From NCBI GenBank assembly GCA_964600255.1, contig CAZRIX010000001.1, positions 43,948 to 107,947 on the forward strand: a stretch of DNA of 64,000 bases, in the 5' to 3' direction. Position 1 is the first letter of the stretch; each line of letters opens with the position of its first letter. Position numbers and translations under genes: made by a program. This document shows positions 39,377 to 49,446 of the stretch, in pieces. The stretch is from an uncultured Candidatus Saccharibacteria bacterium (lineage in GTDB: Bacteria > Patescibacteriota > Minisyncoccia > Phycocordibacterales > PALSA-1337). The notes below the pieces were generated by a model that saw nothing but the letters and a program-made list of their open reading frames with translations, searched no databases and was not told where the DNA came from.

Positions 39377-40306
39377 TTACAAGGACTTGAAGATCCCCAA
39401 CTTAATGAGAATCCAGATAGAAATGCCTGACCAATCAAAGCATCTCTCGAAGGTCGTCTCGCCTTGCCAATACAGTTGACTGCGATCAACTCGTGTATTC
39501 CTCCCCTCCCTTACACATTTAAGTGAAGGGTAGGCGTTATGGTGATTGTTGTGCCACCCTTCACCTAATGTAAGAATCGCGCATATCAAACTATTACGAC
39601 TTTCATCTCCGGTGCTATACCTCTGTGTTCCAATCAAATGCATGGCGGAATTAATGAGGAACGTGCCGTGCCAAAGAATCGTCGTAGCGAAGAAATAAGC
39701 ACACAAGGAAAAGATGAAATTCCAAATGAAAGAAGTATATCCACCAATCGAAAGTAGCCCCCCGACTAGTGAAAATATTCCTCCACCTGAAATAATACCG
39801 ATCCATTGGCGATTCTCGATCCACCTCAGAAACATGTTTCTACCTAAAAGAGGTATGAGTGACCAATCAACAACTCTATCACTCCCCTCCTTAACTACCC
39901 AGAGCCAATGGCACCATGGTATACCTCGCTGTTTGCAACTATGGTGATCCTCAGGCTCGTCTGAGTATCTGTGGTGCCATACATGCTCTGCAGCCCACTG
40001 ACAAACACCACGTTGAGCATCTGCAGATGATATGAAAGCAGAGACATTCTCCATCCACTCAAAACGCAGTCTGAATGAACGGTGGGCAAAATACCGATGT
40101 CTCCACACAGTTATGAACCACATCCCGATCTTGTATCTAAAGAACACCATGAACAAAGAGAGTAGGAGGTTCTCAACACTAAGTGATCCCGCAACACCTC
40201 TCCAAATCAAGGAAAGTAGCCAGGCCACTCCTATCACTTGTACACCGAAAAACACATATGTGTTCGGTGACTTCCAATCTACTTGCGATAACGCTTTCAT
40301 GTACAA
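39377..40306 (-). CDS. Membrane fatty acid desaturase (delta-9-like)
   Basis: His boxes HRYFAH, HVWHH, GEGWHNNHH; INSAMH. Confidence 0.9.
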   Translation of the reverse strand: MYMKALSQVDWKSPNTYVFFGVQVIGVAWLLSLIWRGVAGSLSVENLLLSLFMVFFRYKIGMWFITVWRHRYFAHRSFRLRFEWMENVSAFISSADAQRGVCQWAAEHVWHHRYSDEPEDHHSCKQRGIPWCHWLWVVKEGSDRVVDWSLIPLLGRNMFLRWIENRQWIGIISGGGIFSLVGGLLSIGGYTSFIWNFIFSLCAYFFATTILWHGTFLINSAMHLIGTQRYSTGDESRNSLICAILTLGEGWHNNHHNAYPSLKCVREGRNTRVDRSQLYWQGETTFERCFDWSGISIWILIKLGIFKSL

Positions 40307-40448
40307 TCCTTGGTTAAGGTCTGTACTAATTTTAACATATGTAACTAGTTGAATAAGGTGGTGTTAAAAACTTCGATAACATAACCTTACATGCCGTCAG
40401 TCAAAAAACCGTATAGTTATTTTGATTGATCATTATATCAAATCTTTG

Positions 40449-40520
40449 TGACCCTACAGAGAGTCGAACTCTGGTTAACGGATTGAAAACCCGCTGTCCT
40501 AACCGTTAGACGATAGGGCC
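40449..40520 (-). tRNA. tRNA-Glu(TTC)
   Basis: Cloverleaf GGCCCTA..TAGGGTC, anticodon loop TTTTCAA, GTTCGAC T-loop; CCA not encoded. Confidence 0.93.
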
Positions 40521-40604
40521 ATTTGGCACTTTCAAATACTAACATATTTTTAAAAAATGGCAAAAAATGCTACAATTTTGACGTTAAAAATAACACATAA
40601 AAAT

Positions 40605-40907
40605 ATGAAAGGATTTATTGATTTTATACGTACACAAGGGGTGGTTGGGCTGGCTGTAGGATTCATTTTGGGTAAGGCTGTATCAGACGTAGTGGCATCT
40701 ATAGTAAATGACCTTATAAACCCTATTATAGGCATAGTTTTGGGCCGTTTTGGGGACCTTTCTGCCCTATCTTTGCATGTATTATCAGCCAATATTACCT
40801 ACGGTAAATTCATAAGTATACTAATAAACTTCGCCATAATTGCCGGGGTGGTATATTTTGGAGTAAAGAAGTTGGGATTGGACAAGCTTGATAAGCCGAA
40901 GGTTTAG
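40605..40907 (+). CDS. mscL: Large-conductance mechanosensitive channel family protein
   Basis: MKGFIDF..GVVGLAVGFILG, SIVNDLINP, YGKF...INF. Confidence 0.9.
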   Translation: MKGFIDFIRTQGVVGLAVGFILGKAVSDVVASIVNDLINPIIGIVLGRFGDLSALSLHVLSANITYGKFISILINFAIIAGVVYFGVKKLGLDKLDKPKV

Positions 40908-40956
40908 AGTTAGTATAAAAAGCAAATCTTCTCGATTCTAACGGATCGAGAATCAT

Positions 40957-41032
40957 GCGCGGTTAGCTCAGTTGGTAGAGCATCCCCTTGACGTGGGGAG
41001 GGTCACAGGTTCGAGTCCTGTATCGCGCACCA
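40957..41032 (+). tRNA. tRNA-Val(GAC)
   Basis: GCGCGGT..ATCGCGC-A-CCA; anticodon arm TCCCC-TTGACGT-GGGGA. Confidence 0.95.
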
Positions 41033-42085
41033 ATGATTACATTAGGAATCGAAACAAGCTGTGATGAAACAGCACTATGTTTACTTGAATCAAGCGATAG
41101 TGACCGTGATGTTAAATACCGTGTACTTGGCAACATCGTTCACTCTCAAATAGATTTACATCGTGAATTCGGTGGTGTCTTCCCTATGCTTGCCAAAAGA
41201 GAACACATTAAGAACCTTCCAATTTTATATAAAAAAATAATCGAAGATAGCGGTGTCGATGAAGGCAATATAAACAGAATCGCTGTCACAAAGGGCCCTG
41301 GTCTTGAACCTGCTTTGTGGACTGGAATTCTTTTTGCAAATGATTTGGGTAAAAGACTGAACATACCGGTAATCCCTATAAATCATATGGAGGGTCACAT
41401 CATGGCTTCTTTGATATCAGATTCAAAAGCTAGTAGTGAATTTCAAATGTTAAAAGAAATCCAGTACCCAGCTCTGGCCCTACTTATAAGTGGTGGTCAT
41501 ACAGAAATTGTAAAAATTCACGAACATCAAAAATTCGAAATACTTGGTAGTACGGTAGACGATGCAGTTGGTGAGGCGTTCGATAAAGTAGCCAGAATGA
41601 TGAATCTCCCATATCCAGGTGGGCCAGAGATTTCAAGGCTTGCGGAACAGGCTCGTAAAGAGAATATACCGAATCTAGTCACTCTTCCCCGCCCAATGAT
41701 TCATTCCAAAGATCTTAGATTCTCTTTTTCTGGACTCAAAACTGCGGTTCTTTATGCACTAAAAAAGATTGAGAATCTAGATGAAAATCAAAAGAAAGAT
41801 ATAGCTCGAGAATTTGAAAATTCTGTTACCGAAGTTCTAATATCAAAGGTTAAGTTGGCTATAGAGGATAATGAAGTAAGAACGCTAATAATAGGTGGTG
41901 GTGTGATCGCCAATAAATACATTAGAGAAAATTTTGAGAAGTTGGCAAATGAGAGTAGTTTACCTCTATACCTACCTGGCGCTGGATTGACTGGAGATAA
42001 TGCACTAATGATAGCACTCGTTGGAGCAATAAAACCCTCTGATAGTCATGAGGGCTTTAGAGCTGAAGGAAATTTGTCTTTTTAG
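41033..42085 (+). CDS. tsaD: tRNA t6A threonylcarbamoyltransferase TsaD
   Basis: LGIETSCDET, HMEGH, SGGHT, DDAVGEAFDK, FSFSGLKT; true ATG at 41033. Confidence 0.96.
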   Translation: MITLGIETSCDETALCLLESSDSDRDVKYRVLGNIVHSQIDLHREFGGVFPMLAKREHIKNLPILYKKIIEDSGVDEGNINRIAVTKGPGLEPALWTGILFANDLGKRLNIPVIPINHMEGHIMASLISDSKASSEFQMLKEIQYPALALLISGGHTEIVKIHEHQKFEILGSTVDDAVGEAFDKVARMMNLPYPGGPEISRLAEQARKENIPNLVTLPRPMIHSKDLRFSFSGLKTAVLYALKKIENLDENQKKDIAREFENSVTEVLISKVKLAIEDNEVRTLIIGGGVIANKYIRENFEKLANESSLPLYLPGAGLTGDNALMIALVGAIKPSDSHEGFRAEGNLSF

Positions 42086-42102
42086 AATTGCCTAAATACA
42101 AA

Positions 42103-45100
42103 CTATTTTCCAAATAGTAATTTCAATATCTTAAGGAAATATGTCTTTGTACCTACAACAATAGCTGATGTCACCTTTGAGATCGTGCCTTTATTACCTT
42201 TTACTGCAGTTTTGTTAGCACCAGCATCATTCTTTGTACTTGAGACAACCCCTATTAATCCTGTAGCCTTCTTAGATACTACACTCGTCCCTGACTCACT
42301 AGCTTTTACTTCCTTAGAATTTTTTGAACTTTCTAGTGGCTTTAATGTTGGCGCCTTTGTGACTGGGTCCGGCACAAGACTTGCAAATGGTGAGGTTAAC
42401 TGCCTTACAAAATTAATTGCTTTATGTGGATTTACAGCGGTCACAATAGCAGCTACTGGAGTTACAATCTCAGGTTCTGGATTGTATATAGTTATAACTA
42501 CACTTGTTGTTGCGAAGTTATTTGATGAATCGCGTGCTACAGCATATACAGTATAGCTACCATCAGCATAACTAGTACTATTGAGAGAAGTAAAATATGG
42601 ACTAGCCACATCCTCCACTCCCAAATATACTCCATCAATCATAAATCGAACTCCAGCTAGCGATACATTATCTACTGCAGATGCAACTATACTTACCGCA
42701 TTTCCAGATACCACTTCAGCGTTAGCTGGAGATACGATGGAAATAACAGGGGCAGTTATGTCTGGCACAATATTTGAAACCGTAATACTTACCGATGTTG
42801 TCGCATAGTTATTTGATGAATCCCGGGCAACCGCAGTGACAACATAATTACCATTTGCAACTGAAGTACTGTCAAAAGATATTGTGTATGGACTACTTGT
42901 ATCTTCTGATCCAAGATTTACATTATCGAGTTTAAACTGTACCCCTGCGACAGCTATGTTATCTGTTGCTGTAGCGGCAATGCTGTAAGAGCTTCCTGAG
43001 ACCGTAGCGAGGTCTGTAGGTGATGTAATAGATACAACTGGATCTGTAGTATCGGGTATTACAACTGCCAAAGCAGAAGCCATATTAGAATTACTTGTTC
43101 CACTAGCATCAACTAGTCTTATTCTGTAATAATAATCAATTCCATCGGAAATATATGGATCAGTAAATGTTGTTGTACCCTCTGGCACCAAATCTGAAAC
43201 TATGTTTTGAGTAAATAGGAAATTCGTAGCTCTATCTACATACAACATATGTGATGTTGTAGCATTGTTTGTCCAAGTCAGATCAACTTGATTTGCTCCT
43301 CTAGTAGCATCCAAACTTGTTGCAGCTGGAGTCAAACTTACTGATGGGAATACATCATCTAGATTCCAACTACTGTTCCATGAAATAGACATCGTATTGT
43401 TTGTTGGGAATGTCAAAGGTAACCAAACATGTCTACTGTTATACAATGATCCAGCGAGATTATTACTATAATCAAATCTATCTCCGATATAAATATATGC
43501 ATCACCACGTCCAGGTATATGCTCTATATCCGTTGTCTGGGAACGGTAAGCAATCATTCTATCTTCCTCAACACTAACCTGGAATGGATTTACAAGTGGT
43601 GACCAATTGCCCATAACACTCGTTGAGGTTGAATATTTATTCTCGTTTGGAGCCCATCCTGTTAGTCCAGATGTAAGTAGGAAGTACACACCATTTCGAA
43701 GTATCATCTGAGGACCCTCACGACCAATCAATACATTTGGTCTAACATATGTTCCAGAAGTGGTTAGATAATCATCTGATAGTTTTGAAATAACGAAATG
43801 CGTATTCGGACCGTCTGAGTATAGTAGATATCCTGATCCATCAGTATCCTTAAATAGGTTCATGTCGTTTAGATAGAATCCATCTGGGTTGTAAGATGAT
43901 GAAGCAATAGTGAATGCCCCGTATGGTGTGTCGTTGTAAGCAACCACTGCTGTAGATTTTCCGGATGCGATAACTCGGTGACCCCATAGTACGTATTTTC
44001 CAGTCGTGGCGTTATATAGCACGTGTGGTCTTTCTATCATATAACTTCTACCGAGATAAATAACAGGACCTTCATCTTTCCAATTTATCAAATCACTTGA
44101 TGAGTAACATGATATACCTACTGCTTCGATTTCTGGATCGTTTGCATTAAAAATCTGTCCGTACCAATAGTACTTACCGTTAAAGAATTGTATTTCTCCA
44201 TCATGTGACTCAATCAAATGGTTATCAGTATCTAACCAATCCTGTCCTGGCTTAAAATCGATATCGAACCAATATCTAGATTGAGGCGAGACTTCAGAGA
44301 CGAACATGCCATCACTTATAGCTATAGATTGAACTGTGGATGATGCACTCAGTACAAACGGTGCAGTGTATAGTACCGTTGTACCTTGTGGGACTCCGTC
44401 TACTACACTAGGAATACTACCGTCAGTTGTATAGTAAATAGATGCGTTGGTTGTGATACTAGAAAGTCTTACTCTAATTGGTTGTGCATACTTTCCTCCA
44501 TTTGGCGAAGCTGTAGGGTGAACAGGGGTATATGGAGTGGTTGTGCCAGGATTTCCAATCAATCTAAATTCGGCTAGGTTACCGTAGTTTCCATCTGGCA
44601 TAACTAGTCTGTAAAATCTGTATGCACTACCGCCGGCGTCGATAGCAATCTCACTCATCTGTCGCTGAGCATAATACGGAGGATATGGTTGTATTGTGTG
44701 TATAGTTGTCCAAGGTCCAGTACTAGAACTGACATTTGCTCCTTGCAGATATGCACCGTAAACTTGAACTGTGTATCCTGGTCTTGGTGCAATCTTCATT
44801 CGCGTTACAACAGCTGGTGCCTTTAGATCAAGGCCAACTAGAGAACCGTTTGCACTTTGAGAATCCCACCATGTAGAAGTATTGCCGTCATATACCTTTG
44901 AGTAAACATTTCCACTGTTATTGTAACTTCCTGGAGTTCCAAACTGGTATGCAGGTGAGATACTAAACTGTATTTCTCCAGTTGAAGTCGCTACCGGACA
45001 TGTTGCGGTGGTCAATGTCCTGTTTGGTCCATATGAAGTACCAGATAGGTTTATTGTATATGCTCTGAAGTTATAGACGGTAGCACATGATAGACCACTT

Positions 45101-48100
45101 ACTGTTAATGAGTATGGACCTACTGGATACAATCCAGTTTCAGTAGTTGTAGCTCCATAAGCGGAGTTTAGACCATACTGAAAACCTCTGGCTGTAGAAC
45201 TTGCTGCTCCGTCGTTTGTAATATTACCATTTAGTATTGCAGTGAAGCTTGTCGTTGAACTAGCTGCGGATGTAGTGATTGTTGCAGGCATAGAGTTATT
45301 CACGATCACTCCAATTGATGTAGACGTACTTACATTCCCTGTTGCATCCGCAGCAACAACTGAAATTGTATGATATCCATCTGCTACTGAAGTTGAATTC
45401 CAACTGATTGAATATGGTGATGTAGTTCCAGACGCACCTATACTAGTATTGGTATCAATTTTAAACTGTACACTTCCTATTCTCACGTTATCAGAAGTTG
45501 ATGCTGTAAGAGTTACGCTCGATCCTGTTAATGTTGAGCTGGCTGTTGGGACTACAATTGCTGTAGTCGGAGGAATTGTGTCAGCCAAAACTGTTATGGT
45601 TGTAGATGCGCCAGAATCTGGAGCCGTGATCCTCAATGTACCAGTACTACTACCAGCGGATACGGTGATGTTGGCACTGGTAGAGCTTGATACTACTTGT
45701 GACGTTATTGCTGCACCTGTACCACCACTTATTCCAAATGTAGGCGAACCGGGCGTACCAGAAGTCCAGCTGGTTGCATTTCCAGTCAGTGTTATCACAT
45801 TATTTATTGAGTTCTGATATATAGTCGGAGTATTGGCAGAAACAGTAATCTGGGTGTTTATTAGATTGACCAGAACGTCAGTTGATGTACCTACGTTGCC
45901 TGAAGAGTCGGTAACAATTACTCGTATATTATGAGGACCATCAGCAATACTTGCTGAATTCCATACTATTGAATACGGCGATGTTGTTCCAACCGCGCCG
46001 ATGTTTGTATTATCTACCTGAAACTGGACTGAACTTACACTAGTATCATCACTTGAAGTTGCCGTTAGAGTAACATTACCCAAAAGGTCTGCACCGTTTA
46101 CTGGAGACGTAACTGTTCCGGTTGGTGGAGTAACATCGGCTGATAGCAGGAAATTCGCGATAGCTGTTGTAGAGTTTGAAGTACCTGCAGCAGTCACAGT
46201 TCTGATTCTGTAGTAATATCTAGTATCGTTCACAATGTCAGTATCTACAAAATTTGAAATGGTAGTTGTTGCTCGTATTGAAATAAAGTTTTCAGTAAAA
46301 ATATTGTCAGTTGCCCTATCGATGTACAACTCATAGGAGTTCGTCTCATTATTAGTCCAAGACAGATTCACAGTCAGAGCATTCTTGGTTGCTGTGAGAC
46401 CGGTTGCGGCTTGTGTTGGTATAGAGGTTGTAAAAGCCTCGTCCAAAGTCCAGCCTGGATTCCAAGAGATCGACATGGTGTTGTCGGTTGGAAATGTAAT
46501 AGGTAAAAATAAATATGTACTATTGTATAGCGAGCCACTAGCCGTTGCTGAATTATCAAACCTATCTCCCAAATACATATACCCTTCGGTCCTGCCTTGG
46601 ATGGTTAATATGCCAGATGTATGAGATCTGTAAGCGATCGTATTATCTTCAGTTGCACTTGATTGAAAAGGATTAACTAGTGCAGAAAATGTACCCAGAG
46701 GACTGGTTGATGTTGAATATTTATTTGTTGTAGCAGTCCAACTATTTTGTCCACTATTTAACAAAAAGTAAACTCCATTTCTCTTTACCATTGCTGGCGC
46801 ACTTCTATTTGCATTCGCAGCTGAAATATTGGAAACACCAGACATACCTTCGTATGTACTATCTAGCTTGGAAATAATCATTTTAGAATTATCACTAGAT
46901 GTGTAAATTATGTATGCCGTACCATCTGTATCTTTAAATAGGTTGAGATCGTTCAATCCTAGGGCATCAGGATTAAGAGATGTGGTAACAACCCTAAACG
47001 GCCCGTATGGCGTACTTGATGTTGCGACTATTGCTCTAGAGTTTGTTACGTTTCTTGCCCACATAACATACCTACTTGTAGTAGCGTTATATATAACGTG
47101 TGGTCTTTCTAGTATATATGATGTATTTACATTAAAAACCAACCCCTGACTAGTCCAATTTACTAGGTCGGATGATGTATATAAGTTAACACCAAGTTTT
47201 TCCAACTCAGGTGAAATATTGTTCATTGACTCACCGTACCAGTAATATTTTCCATTGAAATAACTTATACCACCAGTATGTGCGTCTATGATATTGCCGT
47301 TATTGTCATGCCACGTGATTCCAGATCGGATTGCGGGATTGATGAAAAAATACGCTGGATTTGAAACCTCTGAGACATATGTATTTGCACTTACAGCAAT
47401 ACTTTTGATAGTCGTTGTTGCTGTTGTAGTTGCCATGAATGGACCTGTGTACAGACGAGTAGTACCTTGTGGTGAACCTCCACTAAAAGTTGGTGTCGTA
47501 CCATCGTTTGTATAATAAATAACTGCGTCCGTGGTTGAACTAGTAATAGTTACTTGAACTGGTTGTGCAAACTTTCCACCCATAGGACTAATCTTTGGGA
47601 CAACTGGTACGTATGGAGTCGTACTTGAAGCAATACCAATTAGTCTCATTTCTCCTAGAGATCCGTAGGCACCGTTTGGCATGACTAGGCGGTAATATCT
47701 GTAGAACAATCCACCAGTATTTATTGGTATTTCAGAAAATTGTTTCTGAGGATAGAACGGAGGATAACTAGGTATTGTATAAATCGTTGTCCAAGGTCCT
47801 GTAGAAGAACTCACGGTTGCACCTTGGAAAACAGCGCCATGTAGTCTAACCGTGTATCCTGTGCGTGGTGCTACCCACAGTTTTGTAACTTGCGCATTTA
47901 CAGTTAGATCCAATCCTACGTTTGAACCATTGGCAAAAGACTGATTGGCATCCCACCAACTAGTCAAATCTCCATCGAATACTTTGGCAATCGTGTTTCC
48001 GTTATTGAAATAACTTCCAGCTGTTCCTATTTGATATTGTGGAGCAATACTAAACTGAACTTCTCCTGTTGCTGCATATATGATTATAGGGTAAACAAAG

Positions 48101-48183
48101 GCGGAGATGAGCAAAAAGATTACTATGAAAAAGTGATCTTTAATCAACTTTTTTACTGCATAGTAAAATGTGCTCTTTTCCAT
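42103..48183 (-). CDS. 2026-aa surface protein: two [discoidin/CBM32-like, FN3-associated, GH43, FN3] modules plus Ig-like (Big) repeats
   Basis: Duplicated FDG..WWD, IYYT.DG..P, YYWYG, ERPHV, LFKDTDG motifs; DxTxP.V.I.SP..VQF.xD Ig repeats; N-terminal signal/TM. Confidence 0.85.
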   Translation of the reverse strand: MEKSTFYYAVKKLIKDHFFIVIFLLISAFVYPIIIYAATGEVQFSIAPQYQIGTAGSYFNNGNTIAKVFDGDLTSWWDANQSFANGSNVGLDLTVNAQVTKLWVAPRTGYTVRLHGAVFQGATVSSSTGPWTTIYTIPSYPPFYPQKQFSEIPINTGGLFYRYYRLVMPNGAYGSLGEMRLIGIASSTTPYVPVVPKISPMGGKFAQPVQVTITSSTTDAVIYYTNDGTTPTFSGGSPQGTTRLYTGPFMATTTATTTIKSIAVSANTYVSEVSNPAYFFINPAIRSGITWHDNNGNIIDAHTGGISYFNGKYYWYGESMNNISPELEKLGVNLYTSSDLVNWTSQGLVFNVNTSYILERPHVIYNATTSRYVMWARNVTNSRAIVATSSTPYGPFRVVTTSLNPDALGLNDLNLFKDTDGTAYIIYTSSDNSKMIISKLDSTYEGMSGVSNISAANANRSAPAMVKRNGVYFLLNSGQNSWTATTNKYSTSTSPLGTFSALVNPFQSSATEDNTIAYRSHTSGILTIQGRTEGYMYLGDRFDNSATASGSLYNSTYLFLPITFPTDNTMSISWNPGWTLDEAFTTSIPTQAATGLTATKNALTVNLSWTNNETNSYELYIDRATDNIFTENFISIRATTTISNFVDTDIVNDTRYYYRIRTVTAAGTSNSTTAIANFLLSADVTPPTGTVTSPVNGADLLGNVTLTATSSDDTSVSSVQFQVDNTNIGAVGTTSPYSIVWNSASIADGPHNIRVIVTDSSGNVGTSTDVLVNLINTQITVSANTPTIYQNSINNVITLTGNATSWTSGTPGSPTFGISGGTGAAITSQVVSSSTSANITVSAGSSTGTLRITAPDSGASTTITVLADTIPPTTAIVVPTASSTLTGSSVTLTASTSDNVRIGSVQFKIDTNTSIGASGTTSPYSISWNSTSVADGYHTISVVAADATGNVSTSTSIGVIVNNSMPATITTSAASSTTSFTAILNGNITNDGAASSTARGFQYGLNSAYGATTTETGLYPVGPYSLTVSGLSCATVYNFRAYTINLSGTSYGPNRTLTTATCPVATSTGEIQFSISPAYQFGTPGSYNNSGNVYSKVYDGNTSTWWDSQSANGSLVGLDLKAPAVVTRMKIAPRPGYTVQVYGAYLQGANVSSSTGPWTTIHTIQPYPPYYAQRQMSEIAIDAGGSAYRFYRLVMPDGNYGNLAEFRLIGNPGTTTPYTPVHPTASPNGGKYAQPIRVRLSSITTNASIYYTTDGSIPSVVDGVPQGTTVLYTAPFVLSASSTVQSIAISDGMFVSEVSPQSRYWFDIDFKPGQDWLDTDNHLIESHDGEIQFFNGKYYWYGQIFNANDPEIEAVGISCYSSSDLINWKDEGPVIYLGRSYMIERPHVLYNATTGKYVLWGHRVIASGKSTAVVAYNDTPYGAFTIASSSYNPDGFYLNDMNLFKDTDGSGYLLYSDGPNTHFVISKLSDDYLTTSGTYVRPNVLIGREGPQMILRNGVYFLLTSGLTGWAPNENKYSTSTSVMGNWSPLVNPFQVSVEEDRMIAYRSQTTDIEHIPGRGDAYIYIGDRFDYSNNLAGSLYNSRHVWLPLTFPTNNTMSISWNSSWNLDDVFPSVSLTPAATSLDATRGANQVDLTWTNNATTSHMLYVDRATNFLFTQNIVSDLVPEGTTTFTDPYISDGIDYYYRIRLVDASGTSNSNMASALAVVIPDTTDPVVSITSPTDLATVSGSSYSIAATATDNIAVAGVQFKLDNVNLGSEDTSSPYTISFDSTSVANGNYVVTAVARDSSNNYATTSVSITVSNIVPDITAPVISIVSPANAEVVSGNAVSIVASAVDNVSLAGVRFMIDGVYLGVEDVASPYFTSLNSTSYADGSYTVYAVARDSSNNFATTSVVITIYNPEPEIVTPVAAIVTAVNPHKAINFVRQLTSPFASLVPDPVTKAPTLKPLESSKNSKEVKASESGTSVVSKKATGLIGVVSSTKNDAGANKTAVKGNKGTISKVTSAIVVGTKTYFLKILKLLFGK

Positions 48184-48226
48184 AAAAAGTTACATTCATT
48201 ATATCAAAAATGACACGATTTTTATA

Positions 48227-48266
48227 CAATAAAACCCCCAAGTTATTCACATGAGGGTTTTATTGA
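48227..48266. terminator. Intrinsic terminator
   Basis: CAATAAAACCC..GGGTTTTATTG. Confidence 0.7.
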
Positions 48267-48285
48267 AAAATAATTTATTTAGAGA

Positions 48286-49305
48286 TTATTTGTAACCGAA
48301 AATCCACTTTACAAATGACCAAATCTTTCCGAAGAATGATGTATTTGCTAGTGCGGCTGTCTGATTGTTACCGTTTGTACCTACTTCAGGAGAAAGTTGA
48401 ATTGTACCTGTAGCGTTTGTGCCGTCCTCTGCTGAGATGATTCCATTATCAATTGAGTTCTTGTATGCCTCTATTGTCGCCAACTGTGCAGCTGACAATG
48501 TTAGGTTTGTTCTACAATATATTTCATTTACCTTCTTCTGAGTTGTGTAGAATACTTCTCCTGTTGGAGTTGTAACTCCCCAAGGTGCCATAGTATCATT
48601 TACATACTTTGCCTGGAATGCCTTTACAGCATCTAGAGTCTTCTGATCAAACTGTCCGTTTATATCTACGTCTAGCTTCTCAGTATTCTTTAGGAATGAC
48701 TGTAGCTTTGTAACCTCAGCAGAATTATTGTTACCACCGAACTTTAGGAAAGTTGTTAGATAAGAACAATTTGCTACTGGAACAATAGTTGTAAAGTTAT
48801 TCAATGGTGCTGGACCTGATCCACCTGATGAACCACCAGAAACCTGGTTTCCGTTTGAAGAACTTCCACCATCTGTATTTGTATCTACTGGGGCTGGACC
48901 TGATGTATTCCCGTTATCTACTGTAGCTGGAGCTGGAGCATCAGCTGTTGTACCGTTTGATACTGTAGCTGGTGCTGAAGTGTTTCCATTATTTACTGTA
49001 GCTGGGGCACTTGTATTACCGTTATTTACAGTTGCTGGAGCTGCTGCATCTGCTGTAGTACCGTTTGATACTGCAACTGGTGCTGAAGTATTTCCATTAT
49101 CCTGTGTTGCAGGAGCACTTGTATTACCATTATCAGCTACTGATAGCTGTGTAGCAGTTGTGTGGTTTTCCACAGTTGCTGGAGCTGCAGTCGCTGTATT
49201 TCCATTATCAGCTACGTTAATGGCAAACGCTGGTGTTATAAACACAGCAAATGTCAGAACCGTAATTGACAGTAAACTTAGGCTTATTTTGATGTTTTTT
49301 GTCAT
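48286..49305 (-). CDS. Secreted repeat protein with peptidoglycan-binding domain
   Basis: AFA| signal; APATV.NG.T repeats; EVTKLQSFL..NGQFDQKTLDAVKAFQ. Confidence 0.85.
   Translation of the reverse strand: MTKNIKISLSLLSITVLTFAVFITPAFAINVADNGNTATAAPATVENHTTATQLSVADNGNTSAPATQDNGNTSAPVAVSNGTTADAAAPATVNNGNTSAPATVNNGNTSAPATVSNGTTADAPAPATVDNGNTSGPAPVDTNTDGGSSSNGNQVSGGSSGGSGPAPLNNFTTIVPVANCSYLTTFLKFGGNNNSAEVTKLQSFLKNTEKLDVDINGQFDQKTLDAVKAFQAKYVNDTMAPWGVTTPTGEVFYTTQKKVNEIYCRTNLTLSAAQLATIEAYKNSIDNGIISAEDGTNATGTIQLSPEVGTNGNNQTAALANTSFFGKIWSFVKWIFGYK
48895..49215 (-). repeat. Coding tandem repeats, roughly 33-42 nt units (APATV[DNS]NG[NT]T)
   Basis: About nine imperfect units visible in DNA and protein. 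Confidence 0.8.
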
Positions 49306-49385
49306 ATTTTTAATTATTATAATTCAACTTTTAACCTCGTTACCCTATCATACTAGAGTTAAAATGTCAATGGGTCAGACAAGAG

Positions 49386-49416
49386 AAAAGACCTACTCCG
49401 AAGAATAGGTCCTTTT
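49386..49416 (-). terminator. Intrinsic terminator
   Basis: AAAAGACCTA..TAGGTCCTTTT. Confidence 0.7.
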
Positions 49417-49446
49417 GGCGCTGATCGCCTCGAACTGAGTCGAGGG

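Noticed and set aside
40988-41032. N-terminal extension of TsaD in the ORF track
   Set aside because: It lies inside tRNA-Val; the conserved TsaD N-terminus starts at ATG 41033.
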